A stretch of DNA of 64,000 nt from a delta proteobacterium ML8_F1 (GCA_002029975.1 LQBE01000019.1:444-64443); one strand, 5' to 3'. Positions 48,493 through 57,471 are shown, counted from the first letter of the stretch. Program-made: numbers and translations. Notes: generated from the sequence alone by a model not told the origin.

Positions 48493-49719
48493 ATGAAAGC
48501 TGCCATTCTGACTTTGGGCAACGAAGTCCTTGCGGGCAAAACTTTAAACACGAACAGCCAGTTCCTTTCAAAATCCCTTAACGGCCTGGGCTTTGATGTG
48601 GTGGAACAGCTCACGATTCCGGATGATGAGGCCATGATCATTACTGCGGTGAAAAGACTGTTGAAGGACGTGACCCTGTTGATCACCACCGGGGGCCTGG
48701 GACCCACCTATGATGACATCACCATTGCCAGCATTGCCAGGGCTCTGGGCCGAGAGCTTGTATTTCATGAAGAGGTAATCCGGGATATTGAAGAGAAGTT
48801 CAAACGTTTTCATCGAAAAATGGGAGAAAACAACCGGTCCCAGGCCTATTTTCCGGCAGAATCGGTGGTCCTTCCCAATGCAGTCGGCACCGCTCCCGGG
48901 ATGTATCTGGAACACGGGTCAAAAATCATTATCGCTCTGCCGGGGCCTCCGAGGGAGAATATTCCCATGTTTGACAATGAGACCAGGCCCCTGCTTGAAG
49001 CCCTTCAGAACAAGCCTATCTATCTTGAGGATCTTGTGATCTTCGGCATCGGGGAATCCGATGTTGAAGACCGGGTCAAGGAAGGGGTCCGGGTGCCTGA
49101 CGGTCTCAGACTGGCCACTTATGTCAAACCGCTGTATGTCACCCTGCGTCTGACGTCAACTGACAAGACCCTGATACAGGACACCGTTGAAGACCTGGAA
49201 AAATTGTTTGGAGATTCTGTGGTGGGCCGGAATGACTGCCTCCTCGAAGAAAAGGTGCAGCAGCTTCTGAAAAAAACGGGAAGGACCCTTTCTGTGGCGG
49301 AGAGCTGCACCGGAGGACTGATTGCCTCCATGCTGGTCTCTGTCCCCGGCTCATCGGAAATATTCGATGGCGGTTTCATTGTGTATTCCAACGACTACAA
49401 ATCACGGGAACTCGGGGTGGCTCCTGAAGTGATTTCAAAAGAGGGTGCGGTGAGTGAAGCTGTTGCCAGATTGATGGTCGAGGGTCTCTATCAACGGTCG
49501 GGGAGTGATTACTGCCTGGGAATCACAGGAATTGCCGGCCCCACTGGCGAAACTCCGGACAAAAGGGTGGGTCTTACCTTTATCGCCCTGAAGACTCCCG
49601 ACAGAACCCTTGTCAGGCAGTTTCAGTTCTTCGGGGACCGCAATACCATTCGTCTCAGAGGAGCCTTGAATGCACTCAATATGCTCCGGTTGGAAATTGT
49701 TGAAATGGCTCTTGAATAA
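48493..49719 (+). CDS. cinA: Competence/damage-inducible protein CinA (MoCF-binding domain plus PncC-like NMN amidohydrolase domain)
   Basis: N-terminal TTGGLGPTYDDIT, and C-terminal SVAESCTGGLIA...GITGIAGP. Confidence 0.93.
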   Translation: MKAAILTLGNEVLAGKTLNTNSQFLSKSLNGLGFDVVEQLTIPDDEAMIITAVKRLLKDVTLLITTGGLGPTYDDITIASIARALGRELVFHEEVIRDIEEKFKRFHRKMGENNRSQAYFPAESVVLPNAVGTAPGMYLEHGSKIIIALPGPPRENIPMFDNETRPLLEALQNKPIYLEDLVIFGIGESDVEDRVKEGVRVPDGLRLATYVKPLYVTLRLTSTDKTLIQDTVEDLEKLFGDSVVGRNDCLLEEKVQQLLKKTGRTLSVAESCTGGLIASMLVSVPGSSEIFDGGFIVYSNDYKSRELGVAPEVISKEGAVSEAVARLMVEGLYQRSGSDYCLGITGIAGPTGETPDKRVGLTFIALKTPDRTLVRQFQFFGDRNTIRLRGALNALNMLRLEIVEMALE

Positions 49720-49740
49720 TGGGCTTGAATTCGATATAAT
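49712..49740 (+). promoter_or_regulatory. recA promoter
   Basis: TTGAAT (49712-49717, overlapping the cinA stop), 17-nt spacer, TATAAT (49735-49740). Confidence 0.7.
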
Positions 49741-49746
49741 GAATTG

Positions 49747-49758
49747 GAACAAACGTTC
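49747..49758. promoter_or_regulatory. LexA operator (Cheo box) at recA
   Basis: GAACAAACGTTC (GAAC-N4-GTTC), 6 nt downstream of the -10 hexamer. Confidence 0.85.
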
Positions 49759-49778
49759 GCACGGAAGGTGGAGATTGG

Positions 49779-50789
49779 ATGAAAGACAAGGCGAAAGCAT
49801 TGGATAGCGTCATTAGTCAGATTGAAAGACAGTTCGGGAAGGGTTCCATTATGCGGCTTGGGGATGAGGGCCCGGTTGCAAAGATTCAGACGATACCTAC
49901 GGGTTGCCTGGAGCTTGATATTGCCCTGGGAATGGGGGGGATACCCAGAGGCCGGGTCATCGAAATATACGGACCTGAGTCCTCAGGAAAGACCACAGTG
50001 ACCCTTCACATCATCGCAGAAGCTCAAAAAAGAGGCGGCATTGCCGCATTCATCGATGCCGAGCATGCCCTGGACCCCAATTATGCCGCCAAAATCGGCG
50101 TGGATACAGACAACTTGATTTTATCCCAGCCGGATACGGGTGAACAGGCACTGGAAATTGTGGATGCCCTGGTGAGGTCCAACGCCCTGGATGTCATTGT
50201 CATCGACTCCGTGGCAGCCCTTGTCCCCAAGGCTGAAATCACCGGTGAGATGGGGGACTCCCATATGGGACTCCAGGCCAGACTGATGTCCCAGGCTCTG
50301 AGAAAGCTGACGGCGATTATCAACCGGTCCCATACCACAGTGATTTTTATCAATCAGCTGAGAATGAAAATTGGCGTGATGTTTGGGAATCCGGAAACCA
50401 CCACCGGTGGCAATGCCTTGAAATTCTACGCATCTCTGCGTCTGGACGTTCGACGGATTGATTCAATCAAAAAAGACAATGAGATGATCGGCAATCGAAC
50501 CCGGATCAAGGTGGTCAAAAACAAGCTGGCACCTCCCTTTAAAACAGCGGAATTCGATATCATGTATGGCCAGGGTATTTCAAAATCGGGGAGTATTCTT
50601 GATGCGGCGGTCACCTCGGAAATCATCAAGAAATCCGGTTCCTGGTTCAGCTACAATGAAGAACGACTGGGTCAGGGCAGGGAGAACTCCAAGGAGTTTC
50701 TCGAGCAGAATGTTGAAATCATGGAGGAAATTGAAAAGAAAGTCCGGGAATTGAATGGTTTGATTGAGGAACAGGAACCTCAGGAGTGA
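49779..50789 (+). CDS. recA: Recombinase RecA
   Basis: [10 protein letters not shown], Walker [20 protein letters not shown], and the [15 protein letters not shown] loop region. Confidence 0.98.
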   Translation: MKDKAKALDSVISQIERQFGKGSIMRLGDEGPVAKIQTIPTGCLELDIALGMGGIPRGRVIEIYGPESSGKTTVTLHIIAEAQKRGGIAAFIDAEHALDPNYAAKIGVDTDNLILSQPDTGEQALEIVDALVRSNALDVIVIDSVAALVPKAEITGEMGDSHMGLQARLMSQALRKLTAIINRSHTTVIFINQLRMKIGVMFGNPETTTGGNALKFYASLRLDVRRIDSIKKDNEMIGNRTRIKVVKNKLAPPFKTAEFDIMYGQGISKSGSILDAAVTSEIIKKSGSWFSYNEERLGQGRENSKEFLEQNVEIMEEIEKKVRELNGLIEEQEPQE

Positions 50790-50792
50790 TAA

Positions 50793-50821
50793 AAAAAGAA
50801 GTAGTTTACTACTTCTTTTTT
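50793..50821 (+). terminator. Intrinsic terminator after recA
   Basis: AAAAAGAAGTAG-TTTA-CTACTTCTTTTT hairpin. The A-tract and T-tract make it potentially bidirectional. Confidence 0.8.
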
Positions 50822-50822
50822 A

Positions 50823-50831
50823 TGTTATAAT
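50823..50831 (+). promoter_or_regulatory. Extended -10 promoter element upstream of rny
   Basis: TGtTATAAT immediately after the recA terminator. Confidence 0.5.
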
Positions 50832-50878
50832 GAAATGAACCGCATATTGCTCTACTGTAATTTAAGGGAGGTGGCACT

Positions 50879-52420
50879 ATTACTAATTTATACGTAATAA
50901 TTGGCATAGGCATATCCTTTCCCCTTGGATTGTTTGTTGGATACTTAATGCGACGCATTGTTGCAGAAAAGCGAATAAAAAGTGCTGAAGAACAAGCGGA
51001 TCTCATTACTTTGGAAGCCAAAAAACAAGCTGAGACAACGAAAAAGGAAATGCTTATCGAAGCAAAGGAAGAAATACATCAAATGCGAATCGATCTCGAG
51101 AAGGAAACCCGGGAAAGACGCGCAGAGCTACAGAAAGTCGAAAGAAGAAACATGCAGAAAGAGGAAAATCTCGATAGAAAAATCCAATCCATGGAAGCCA
51201 GGGAAAAGAACTATACCCTTAAGGAAGCGGCTATTGAAGAGAAGGAAGAACGAATCGGTCTTCTTCATGATCAACAATTGATTGAATTGGAAAAAATCGC
51301 CTCCATGACCATGGATGAGGCAAGAGATAAATTGCTCTTTGACATCGACCGGAATCTGACCCATGAAAAAGCTGTCAAAATCAAGGAAATGGAGTACGAG
51401 GCCAAGCTGGAAGTCGACAAGAGGTCGAAGGAAATTCTGGCGTATGCCATACAAAAATGCGCCGCAGACTATGTAGCCGAATCGACGGTTTCCGTAGTGC
51501 CGCTGCCCAATGAAGAAATGAAGGGTAGAATTATCGGACGGGAAGGTCGCAATATCCGCGCACTTGAGACCATCACCGGCGTTGACTTGATTATCGATGA
51601 CACGCCTGAAGCTGTTATTCTGTCATCCTTCGACCCTGTCAGAAGAGAAATCGCCCGCATGGCCCTGGAGAAACTGATTGTCGACGGCCGCATTCATCCG
51701 GCCCGCATCGAGGAAATGGTGGAAAAGGCCAAGAAGGAGATGGACAACAATCTCAGGGAAGAAGGGGAGAACGCCACCTTTGATCTGGGAATCCACAATG
51801 TGCATCCTGAGCTGATCAAGCTCCTGGGACGACTGAAGTATCGAACCAGCTACGGACAAAATGTGTTGAAACACGCCATTGAAGTCGCCCAGCTGTCAGG
51901 CCTTATGGCCCAGGAGCTCGGTGCAGATGTAAAAATTGCCAAACGGGCCGGACTCTTCCACGATATCGGCAAGGCCGTGGACCACGAAATGGAAGGAACC
52001 CATATCGAAATCGGTATGAACCTCCTGAAGAAATACAAGGAATCCGGTGCGGTGATTCATGCCATGAGCACCCATCACGGGGACTACGAACCCCAAACCA
52101 TTGAAGCAATCCTGGTGACAGCCGCGGATGCCATATCTGCCGCAAGGCCAGGGGCGCGCAGGGAAACCCTTGATAATTACATTAAACGGTTGCAGACCCT
52201 CGAAGAAATATCCAACAGTTACGATGGGGTGGAAAGCTCCTTCGCGATTCAAGCGGGAAGAGAAATCCGTATAATGGTCATACCGGATAAAATCACGGAT
52301 GACGAAATGGTGCTTCTTGCTAGAGATATTTCCAAGCGAATTGAAAACGAACTGGATTATCCGGGGCAGATCAAGGTCCACATGGTGAGAGAAACCAGAG
52401 CCATTGAGTTTGCGAAATAG
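50879..52420 (+). CDS. rny: Ribonuclease Y (start proposed at a non-canonical ATT)
   Basis: KH domain ([15 protein letters not shown]) and HD domain (HAIEV...LFHDIGKA). The frame is open from 50861. AAGGGAGGTG lies 7 nt before ATT 50879, which restores the N-terminal TM anchor [21 protein letters not shown] and gives 513 aa. The first canonical start, TTG 50930, has no SD and truncates the anchor. Confidence 0.9.
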   Translation: MTNLYVIIGIGISFPLGLFVGYLMRRIVAEKRIKSAEEQADLITLEAKKQAETTKKEMLIEAKEEIHQMRIDLEKETRERRAELQKVERRNMQKEENLDRKIQSMEAREKNYTLKEAAIEEKEERIGLLHDQQLIELEKIASMTMDEARDKLLFDIDRNLTHEKAVKIKEMEYEAKLEVDKRSKEILAYAIQKCAADYVAESTVSVVPLPNEEMKGRIIGREGRNIRALETITGVDLIIDDTPEAVILSSFDPVRREIARMALEKLIVDGRIHPARIEEMVEKAKKEMDNNLREEGENATFDLGIHNVHPELIKLLGRLKYRTSYGQNVLKHAIEVAQLSGLMAQELGADVKIAKRAGLFHDIGKAVDHEMEGTHIEIGMNLLKKYKESGAVIHAMSTHHGDYEPQTIEAILVTAADAISAARPGARRETLDNYIKRLQTLEEISNSYDGVESSFAIQAGREIRIMVIPDKITDDEMVLLARDISKRIENELDYPGQIKVHMVRETRAIEFAK

Positions 52421-52441
52421 TCCCCCAAGGGACTATTTTTA
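52417..52441 (+). terminator. Intrinsic terminator after rny
   Basis: ATAGTCCC-CCAA-GGGACTAT followed by TTTTT. The hairpin includes the TAG stop. Confidence 0.75.
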
Positions 52442-52527
52442 TTCAACAAAGGGTTTTGGTCCTTTGTTGTCGAATACTGACGTATCAGGAAAATATAGAA
52501 ATAGAGACACTTTAAGGGGGAATATTT

Positions 52528-52788
52528 GTGGAAGTACTCAAAGTATCAGGAAAGTCCAACCCGAATTCAGTGGCAGGCGCCCTGGCTGGAGTCATCCGCG
52601 AGAGCGGTACGGCTGAAATGCAGGCTATTGGGGCAGGCGCCATCAATCAGGCGGTAAAGGCCATTGCCATTGCCAGAGGTTTTGTTGCACCGACAGGGAT
52701 TGATCTGATCTGCATCCCTGCCTTCACCGATATAGAAATCGACGGTGAAGAGAGGACAGCCATCAAACTGCTGGTTCAGCCGCGTTAG
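52528..52788 (+). CDS. spoVS: Stage V sporulation protein S (SpoVS family), copy 1
   Basis: 86 aa, MEVLKVSGKSNPNSVAGALAGVIRE...AIGAGAINQAVKAIAIARGF. GTG start 7 nt after TAAGGGGG. Confidence 0.93.
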   Translation: MEVLKVSGKSNPNSVAGALAGVIRESGTAEMQAIGAGAINQAVKAIAIARGFVAPTGIDLICIPAFTDIEIDGEERTAIKLLVQPR

Positions 52789-52799
52789 GGAGGTGCCTG

Positions 52800-53060
52800 G
52801 TGGAAATTTTGAAAGTGTCCTCGAAATCAAACCCCAACTCAGTTGCCGGCGCCCTGGCGGGGGTAATCAGGGAACACGGTGCTGCTGAAATCGATGCCAT
52901 CGGTGCAGGGGCTGTCAATCAATCCATTAAGGCCATTGTCATCGCCAGGGGATTTCTTTCTCCGGCCGGAATCGATCTAGTCTTTGTCCCGGTTTTTTCG
53001 GACATTGAAATCAATGGTGAAGAAAGAACTTCAATCAAATTGATTATTGAACCGCGTTAA
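52800..53060 (+). CDS. spoVS: Stage V sporulation protein S (SpoVS family), copy 2
   Basis: 86 aa. By my hand alignment, 63 of 86 residues are identical to copy 1. GTG start preceded by GGGAGGTG. Confidence 0.93.
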   Translation: MEILKVSSKSNPNSVAGALAGVIREHGAAEIDAIGAGAVNQSIKAIVIARGFLSPAGIDLVFVPVFSDIEINGEERTSIKLIIEPR

Positions 53061-53082
53061 GGCCAGTTTACCTGGCCTTTTT
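53059..53082 (+). terminator. Intrinsic terminator after the second spoVS
   Basis: AAGGCCAG-TTTAC-CTGGCCTT followed by TTT. It overlaps the TAA stop. Confidence 0.8.
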
Positions 53083-53087
53083 CAATC

Positions 53088-53116
53088 TTGATTTTGTGAA
53101 AGTATTCAGTTAAAAT
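53088..53116 (+). promoter_or_regulatory. SigA-type promoter for purB
   Basis: TTGATT, 17-nt spacer, TAAAAT. Confidence 0.6.
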
Positions 53117-53159
53117 GATTGCGTTATGAAATCCTACACTTATGATTAAGGGAGGGCCT

Positions 53160-54593
53160 ATGAAACCAACCTATGAAAATCCCCTGGAAACACGATACAG
53201 TTCAAAGGAAATGCTGTTTGTCTTTTCTCCGGACTTCAAATTCACAACCTGGAGAAAACTCTGGATTGCCCTGGCCGAAGCCCAGAAGGCATTGGGACTG
53301 CCCATTACAGACACACAGATCGAAGACATGAAAGCCCATATTGAACCCATCGATTATTCAGTGGCTGCCGCCTATGAAAAGAAATTCCGTCATGATGTCA
53401 TGGCTCATGTCCACACCTTCGGTGAAGCCGCCAGGGAGGCCAAGCCCATCATTCATCTCGGTGCCACGAGTGCCTTCGTAGGGGACAACACCGACGTGAT
53501 TCAGATGCGGGAGGGACTGCGGCTGGTTGAAAAGGGACTGATCAACCTTTTGGATCAGTTGAAGCATTTTTCGATTGCTCACAGCGACCTGCCCACCCTG
53601 GGATTCACCCATTTTCAACCGGCCCAGTTGACCACAGTGGGCAAAAGGGCCACCCTCTGGATGATGGACCTGCTGCTGGACTATGAACACCTGCAATTTG
53701 TTCTTGGGGGGCTGAAACTCCGGGGAATCAAGGGGACCACGGGCACCCAGGCCAGTTTTTTGAACCTGTTTGACGGAGATCATGAAAAGGTCAAGGCCCT
53801 GGATTCGAAAATTGCTGAATATTTTGATTTTCCGGCCACCATGCCCGTCACGGGACAGACCTATTCCCGCAAGGTGGATAGCCAGGTTCTGGGTGTCCTG
53901 TCCGGCATTGCCCAGTCATTGCACAAGATGAGCAACGATATCAGACTGCTGCAGCACCTCAAAGAGATTGAAGAGCCCTTTGAAGCGGATCAAATCGGAT
54001 CCTCTGCCATGGCCTACAAGAGAAATCCCATGAGAAGTGAGCGCATCGCCGCCTTGAGCCGATTCATCATCAACAGCAGTATGAATCCCCAGTGGACCCA
54101 GGCCGCCCAGTGGTTTGAGCGCACCCTCGACGACAGTGCCAACAAGCGTCTGGCAGTCCCGGAATCCTTCCTGGCAACGGATGCCATCTTGAATATCGCT
54201 GTCAATATCACTCAGAATCTGGTGGTTTATCCGAGGGTGATTGAAAAGCACATCCAGGCCGAGCTGCCTTTTATGGCCACAGAGAATATTATCATGGAAG
54301 CGGTAAAAAGAGGTGGGGACCGGCAGGATCTGCATGAAGCCATCAGGGTCCACGCCATGGCGGCGGGGAAAAATGTCAAAGAATACGGCGGGGAGAATGA
54401 CCTCATGGAAAGAATCCTTGAAGACCCGATTTTTGCCATACAGCGGGAGGACCTTGACAAGCTGCTGAGTCCTGAAAATTATATCGGAAGGTCCAGTCAA
54501 CAGGTTGAAGAATTCATCCTAGAGCATATTGACCCGGTTTTGAACAGGCATCAAAGCCTGATTGACCGGAAAAAACGCGAGCTCAAGGTGTAG
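53160..54593 (+). CDS. purB: Adenylosuccinate lyase
   Basis: Fumarate-lyase superfamily with NPLETRYSS, HLGATS, and signature GSSAMAYKRNP. GGGAGGG lies upstream of ATG 53160. Confidence 0.95.
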   Translation: MKPTYENPLETRYSSKEMLFVFSPDFKFTTWRKLWIALAEAQKALGLPITDTQIEDMKAHIEPIDYSVAAAYEKKFRHDVMAHVHTFGEAAREAKPIIHLGATSAFVGDNTDVIQMREGLRLVEKGLINLLDQLKHFSIAHSDLPTLGFTHFQPAQLTTVGKRATLWMMDLLLDYEHLQFVLGGLKLRGIKGTTGTQASFLNLFDGDHEKVKALDSKIAEYFDFPATMPVTGQTYSRKVDSQVLGVLSGIAQSLHKMSNDIRLLQHLKEIEEPFEADQIGSSAMAYKRNPMRSERIAALSRFIINSSMNPQWTQAAQWFERTLDDSANKRLAVPESFLATDAILNIAVNITQNLVVYPRVIEKHIQAELPFMATENIIMEAVKRGGDRQDLHEAIRVHAMAAGKNVKEYGGENDLMERILEDPIFAIQREDLDKLLSPENYIGRSSQQVEEFILEHIDPVLNRHQSLIDRKKRELKV

Positions 54594-54599
54594 GATTGA

Positions 54600-54632
54600 T
54601 TAGTTGAAAGAGCAACTAAAACCAGGTATAAT
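54600..54632 (+). promoter_or_regulatory. Promoter plus candidate MarR operator
   Basis: TTGAAA (54604-54609), 17-nt spacer, TATAAT (54627-54632). The 7-bp inverted repeat TTAGTTG-N6-CAACTAA (54600-54619) straddles the -35. Confidence 0.6.
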
Positions 54633-54658
54633 GATGGCAGGTTCCACAGGAGGATGCC

Positions 54659-55462
54659 ATGGATCAATCCCTGAGAAATATTGAAAAAATCGCCAGAAGT
54701 CTCCAGACCATCATGGCGGCGAAATTCACTGAAATGGGTCTCAAAAGGGGTCAGCATACCTATGTGATTTTCATCAATGAAAACCCCGGACTCAGCCAGC
54801 TCGACCTCGTCCAGAAGATGAATATTGACAAGACGACCGTCACCAAGGCTTTGAACCAGCTTCAAAAGCAGCGCCTGATCATACGCCAGAAAAACAGACA
54901 GGACCAGCGATATATGGAAACCTTTCCCACCTCCAGGGGAAGGGCCGTCTATGAACAGATTCTTTCGGTGGAACAGGAGCTGCTGGAAACGGCCTTGATG
55001 GGTTTTACTGAGAGAGACCAGATGGATTTGAAGACTTTTTTAGTGAAAATCGACAAGAATATCGAAAAGGACTGGGTGAGATCCAGAGTCTATTTTAAAA
55101 CCGGCCACATTGAAGTTGTACCGGGGGATGACATCAAGGCGCTGCGGAAGGATTTCAAGCCGAAACCCGGTGGCATCTACTGGGGTTATTTCCTCAAGGA
55201 AAGCCTCATAGGCTATATCGCCCTGGATGAACAGGAGGGCTTTCTCAATATCGACGAACTCTACCTGGAAGAAAAGCACCGGGGTCACGGCTACGACTAC
55301 GAACTCCTGCAGCAGGTCTGTCTGAAAAACCCTCAGCCCAAAAGAATCACCCTTTACGAGGGGGACATCCCCATGCTGAAAATTGTGAACCTCCTGGAAT
55401 TCAGATTCAGTAAAGTTATTCCCGGAGAGAAGACCCATTACCTTTTTGAAAGGAAAAACTAG
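54659..55462 (+). CDS. MarR-family HTH regulator fused to a GNAT-like acetyltransferase domain
   Basis: The N-terminal ~145 aa form a MarR wHTH (LSQLDLVQKMNIDKTTVTKALNQLQKQRLIIRQKN.QDQR). The C-terminal ~115 aa resemble GNAT (IGYIALDE...LYLEEKHRGHGYDYELLQ). Confidence 0.8.
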   Translation: MDQSLRNIEKIARSLQTIMAAKFTEMGLKRGQHTYVIFINENPGLSQLDLVQKMNIDKTTVTKALNQLQKQRLIIRQKNRQDQRYMETFPTSRGRAVYEQILSVEQELLETALMGFTERDQMDLKTFLVKIDKNIEKDWVRSRVYFKTGHIEVVPGDDIKALRKDFKPKPGGIYWGYFLKESLIGYIALDEQEGFLNIDELYLEEKHRGHGYDYELLQQVCLKNPQPKRITLYEGDIPMLKIVNLLEFRFSKVIPGEKTHYLFERKN

Positions 55463-55482
55463 ACCGAAGGGGTCTAGTTTTT
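55454..55482. terminator. Bidirectional terminator shared by the MarR-GNAT gene and ung
   Basis: AAAAA-CTAGACC-GAAGG-GGTCTAG-TTTTT. Both stop codons (TAG 55460-55462 on + and CTA 55474-55476 on -) lie inside the stem arms. Confidence 0.75.
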
Positions 55483-56148
55483 GATTAGCCAGTGGATGGG
55501 TTCCTTACCCTGGCGCTCGAGATGGTCGTTGGCGGTAGAAAAGGGCTTTGAGCCGAAAAAGCCGCGGTAGGAGGAGAGGGGACTCGGATGGGGGGCCGTG
55601 ATGACCGGGTGGCGCTTTTGGTCAATCATTGAAAGCTTCTTGGCCGCCTGTGATCCCCACAGGATGAAGACCACTGGATCTTTGCGATGATTGAGGGCCT
55701 GGATGATGGCGTCGGTGAAGGTTTCCCAGCCCCGTCCCTTGTGGGAGTTGGCGGCATTGTCTCTGACCGTGAGGACGGTGTTCAGGAGCAGTACCCCCTG
55801 GGTCGCCCAGGGGCTCAGATCCCCTGTTGTGGAGAGTTCACCCCCGAGGTCGTCCCTGAGCTCCTTGAAAATATTTCTGAGGGAGGGGGGCAGTTTCACC
55901 CCTTGGGGGACTGAAAAGGCCAGGCCGTTGGCCTGGTGGGCCTGGTGGTAGGGGTCCTGGCCCAGAATCAGCACTTTTACCCTGTGGCAGGGGGTCAGTT
56001 CCAGGGACCTGAAACGCTGCGTCTGAGGGGGATACACCCTGTAGTGCGCTTCCTCCTCGGCAATAAAAGCCTCCAGGGCTTGAAAATAGGGCTTTTGGAA
56101 TTCCCCGGCGAGGATATCCCGCCAGTCGTTTTTCAAAGAAAATTTCAT
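55474..56148 (-). CDS. ung: Uracil-DNA glycosylase (family 1)
   Basis: ILGQDPYH, the GVLLLN region and HPSPLS. The start is ATG 56148 (MKFSLKNDW...). Confidence 0.95.
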   Translation of the reverse strand: MKFSLKNDWRDILAGEFQKPYFQALEAFIAEEEAHYRVYPPQTQRFRSLELTPCHRVKVLILGQDPYHQAHQANGLAFSVPQGVKLPPSLRNIFKELRDDLGGELSTTGDLSPWATQGVLLLNTVLTVRDNAANSHKGRGWETFTDAIIQALNHRKDPVVFILWGSQAAKKLSMIDQKRHPVITAPHPSPLSSYRGFFGSKPFSTANDHLERQGKEPIHWLIKN

Positions 56149-56219
56149 TAAAATCACCGACACTATTATATCATAGGATAGACTGACCAGAGAAGAAGAA
56201 GAAGAAGGAGGGAACCTTA

Positions 56220-57356
56220 ATGAACAAGCGAAAACTGGGAAACACTGGGGAAGAAGTCTCTATCCTCGGATTCGGAGCCATGCGTTTTCCTCTCAAGGCC
56301 GACGGCACCATTGACGAAAAACCTGCAATAGAAATGATTCACTATGCCATAGACCAGGGGGTCAACTATATTGATACGGCCTGGCCCTATCATGACGGTG
56401 AATCCGAGCCCTTCCTGGGCAGGGCCCTTGGGGGAGGTTACCGTGAGAAGGTCTATCTTGCAACAAAGCTTCCCAGCTGGAAAATCAAAAGACCTGAGGA
56501 TTTTGAGTACTTTTTGGACCAACAGCTGCTCCGGCTCAATACAGAAGTCATAGATTTTTATCTGGTTCACGCCATTAACAAAAAAACATGGCATCACAAT
56601 CTTCTAAAAAATGGTCTGTTCAGTTTTCTGGACAGGGCCCTGGCCAGTAAAAAGGTGAAATACGTCGGTTTTTCCTTTCATGACGAGCTCTCACTCTTTA
56701 AAGAGATTGTTGACGCCTATCCCTGGAGTTTTACCCAGATTCAGTTCAATTATCTGGACCATGACTACCAGGCGGGTCTCAAAGGGCTCTATTACGCCCG
56801 AGACAGGGGTCTGGGAATCATTGTCATGGAACCCCTGAGGGGCGGGGGCCTTGCCGGCAAACAACCGGCGGATATAGCCGCTCTGTGGGAGGGGGCCGCT
56901 TCTCAACGGACTCCTGTACAATGGGCGCTTGAATATGTCTGGAACTATCCCCAGGTGGATTTGGTTCTCAGTGGGATGAGTAGCCTGGAGCAGGTGAAGG
57001 AAAACATTGAAATCGCCTCAAGGGCCACACCCAATGCCTTGACCCGGGAAGAAATCCAGACCGTCTATGCGGTCAAGGCGGCATATCTCTCAAGACTAAT
57101 CAACCAGTGCACCACCTGCGGTTACTGCATGCCGTGTCCCTACGAAGTCAATATCCCAGGCGCCTTCAAAATCTTCAATGATGGCCATCTTTTCGAACAG
57201 CTGGACACATTTAAGGAAAAGTATCTCAGAGAGGTCCCAAGGGACAACAGAGCGTCGCAGTGTGTGGCCTGCGGCCAGTGCGAGCCCCAGTGTCCCCAGA
57301 ATATCTCCATTATCGATGATTTGAAAAAAGTAGCCCTGGCTTTTGAGAGCCAGTGA
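56220..57356 (+). CDS. Aldo/keto reductase fused to a C-terminal 2x[4Fe-4S]-type ferredoxin module
   Basis: AKR core (LGFGAMRFP..., IDTAWPYHDGESE) and C-terminal Cys clusters CTTCGYCMPCP and CVACGQCEPQCP. Confidence 0.85.
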   Translation: MNKRKLGNTGEEVSILGFGAMRFPLKADGTIDEKPAIEMIHYAIDQGVNYIDTAWPYHDGESEPFLGRALGGGYREKVYLATKLPSWKIKRPEDFEYFLDQQLLRLNTEVIDFYLVHAINKKTWHHNLLKNGLFSFLDRALASKKVKYVGFSFHDELSLFKEIVDAYPWSFTQIQFNYLDHDYQAGLKGLYYARDRGLGIIVMEPLRGGGLAGKQPADIAALWEGAASQRTPVQWALEYVWNYPQVDLVLSGMSSLEQVKENIEIASRATPNALTREEIQTVYAVKAAYLSRLINQCTTCGYCMPCPYEVNIPGAFKIFNDGHLFEQLDTFKEKYLREVPRDNRASQCVACGQCEPQCPQNISIIDDLKKVALAFESQ

Positions 57357-57471
57357 AAACTGCAGTCTGGCGGGCTGTGGCTATTTACCAGTCAACTGGC
57401 AACAGGAGAAGCTTTCTGGCATTCATTCAACGAGAGTGCAGTCTAAAATGGCTGAGTGAGTGGTCCCTCTA

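Noticed and set aside
52444-52527. A second hairpin (CAACAAAGG-N8-CCTTTGTTG, 52444-52469) and an AGGAAAA...GAAAT string, considered as a sigma-H promoter for spoVS.
   Set aside because: The spacing and the -10 do not fit the sigma-H consensus (RNAGGAWWW-N11-12-RNNGAAT). The hairpin has no T-tract. Both could be part of the spoVS leader, but I cannot support a specific call.
56192-56206. A (GAA)5 trinucleotide run upstream of the AKR gene.
   Set aside because: It is a short purine run merging into the SD (GAAGGAGGG). It is too short to be a meaningful microsatellite or phase-variation tract, and it is not in coding sequence.
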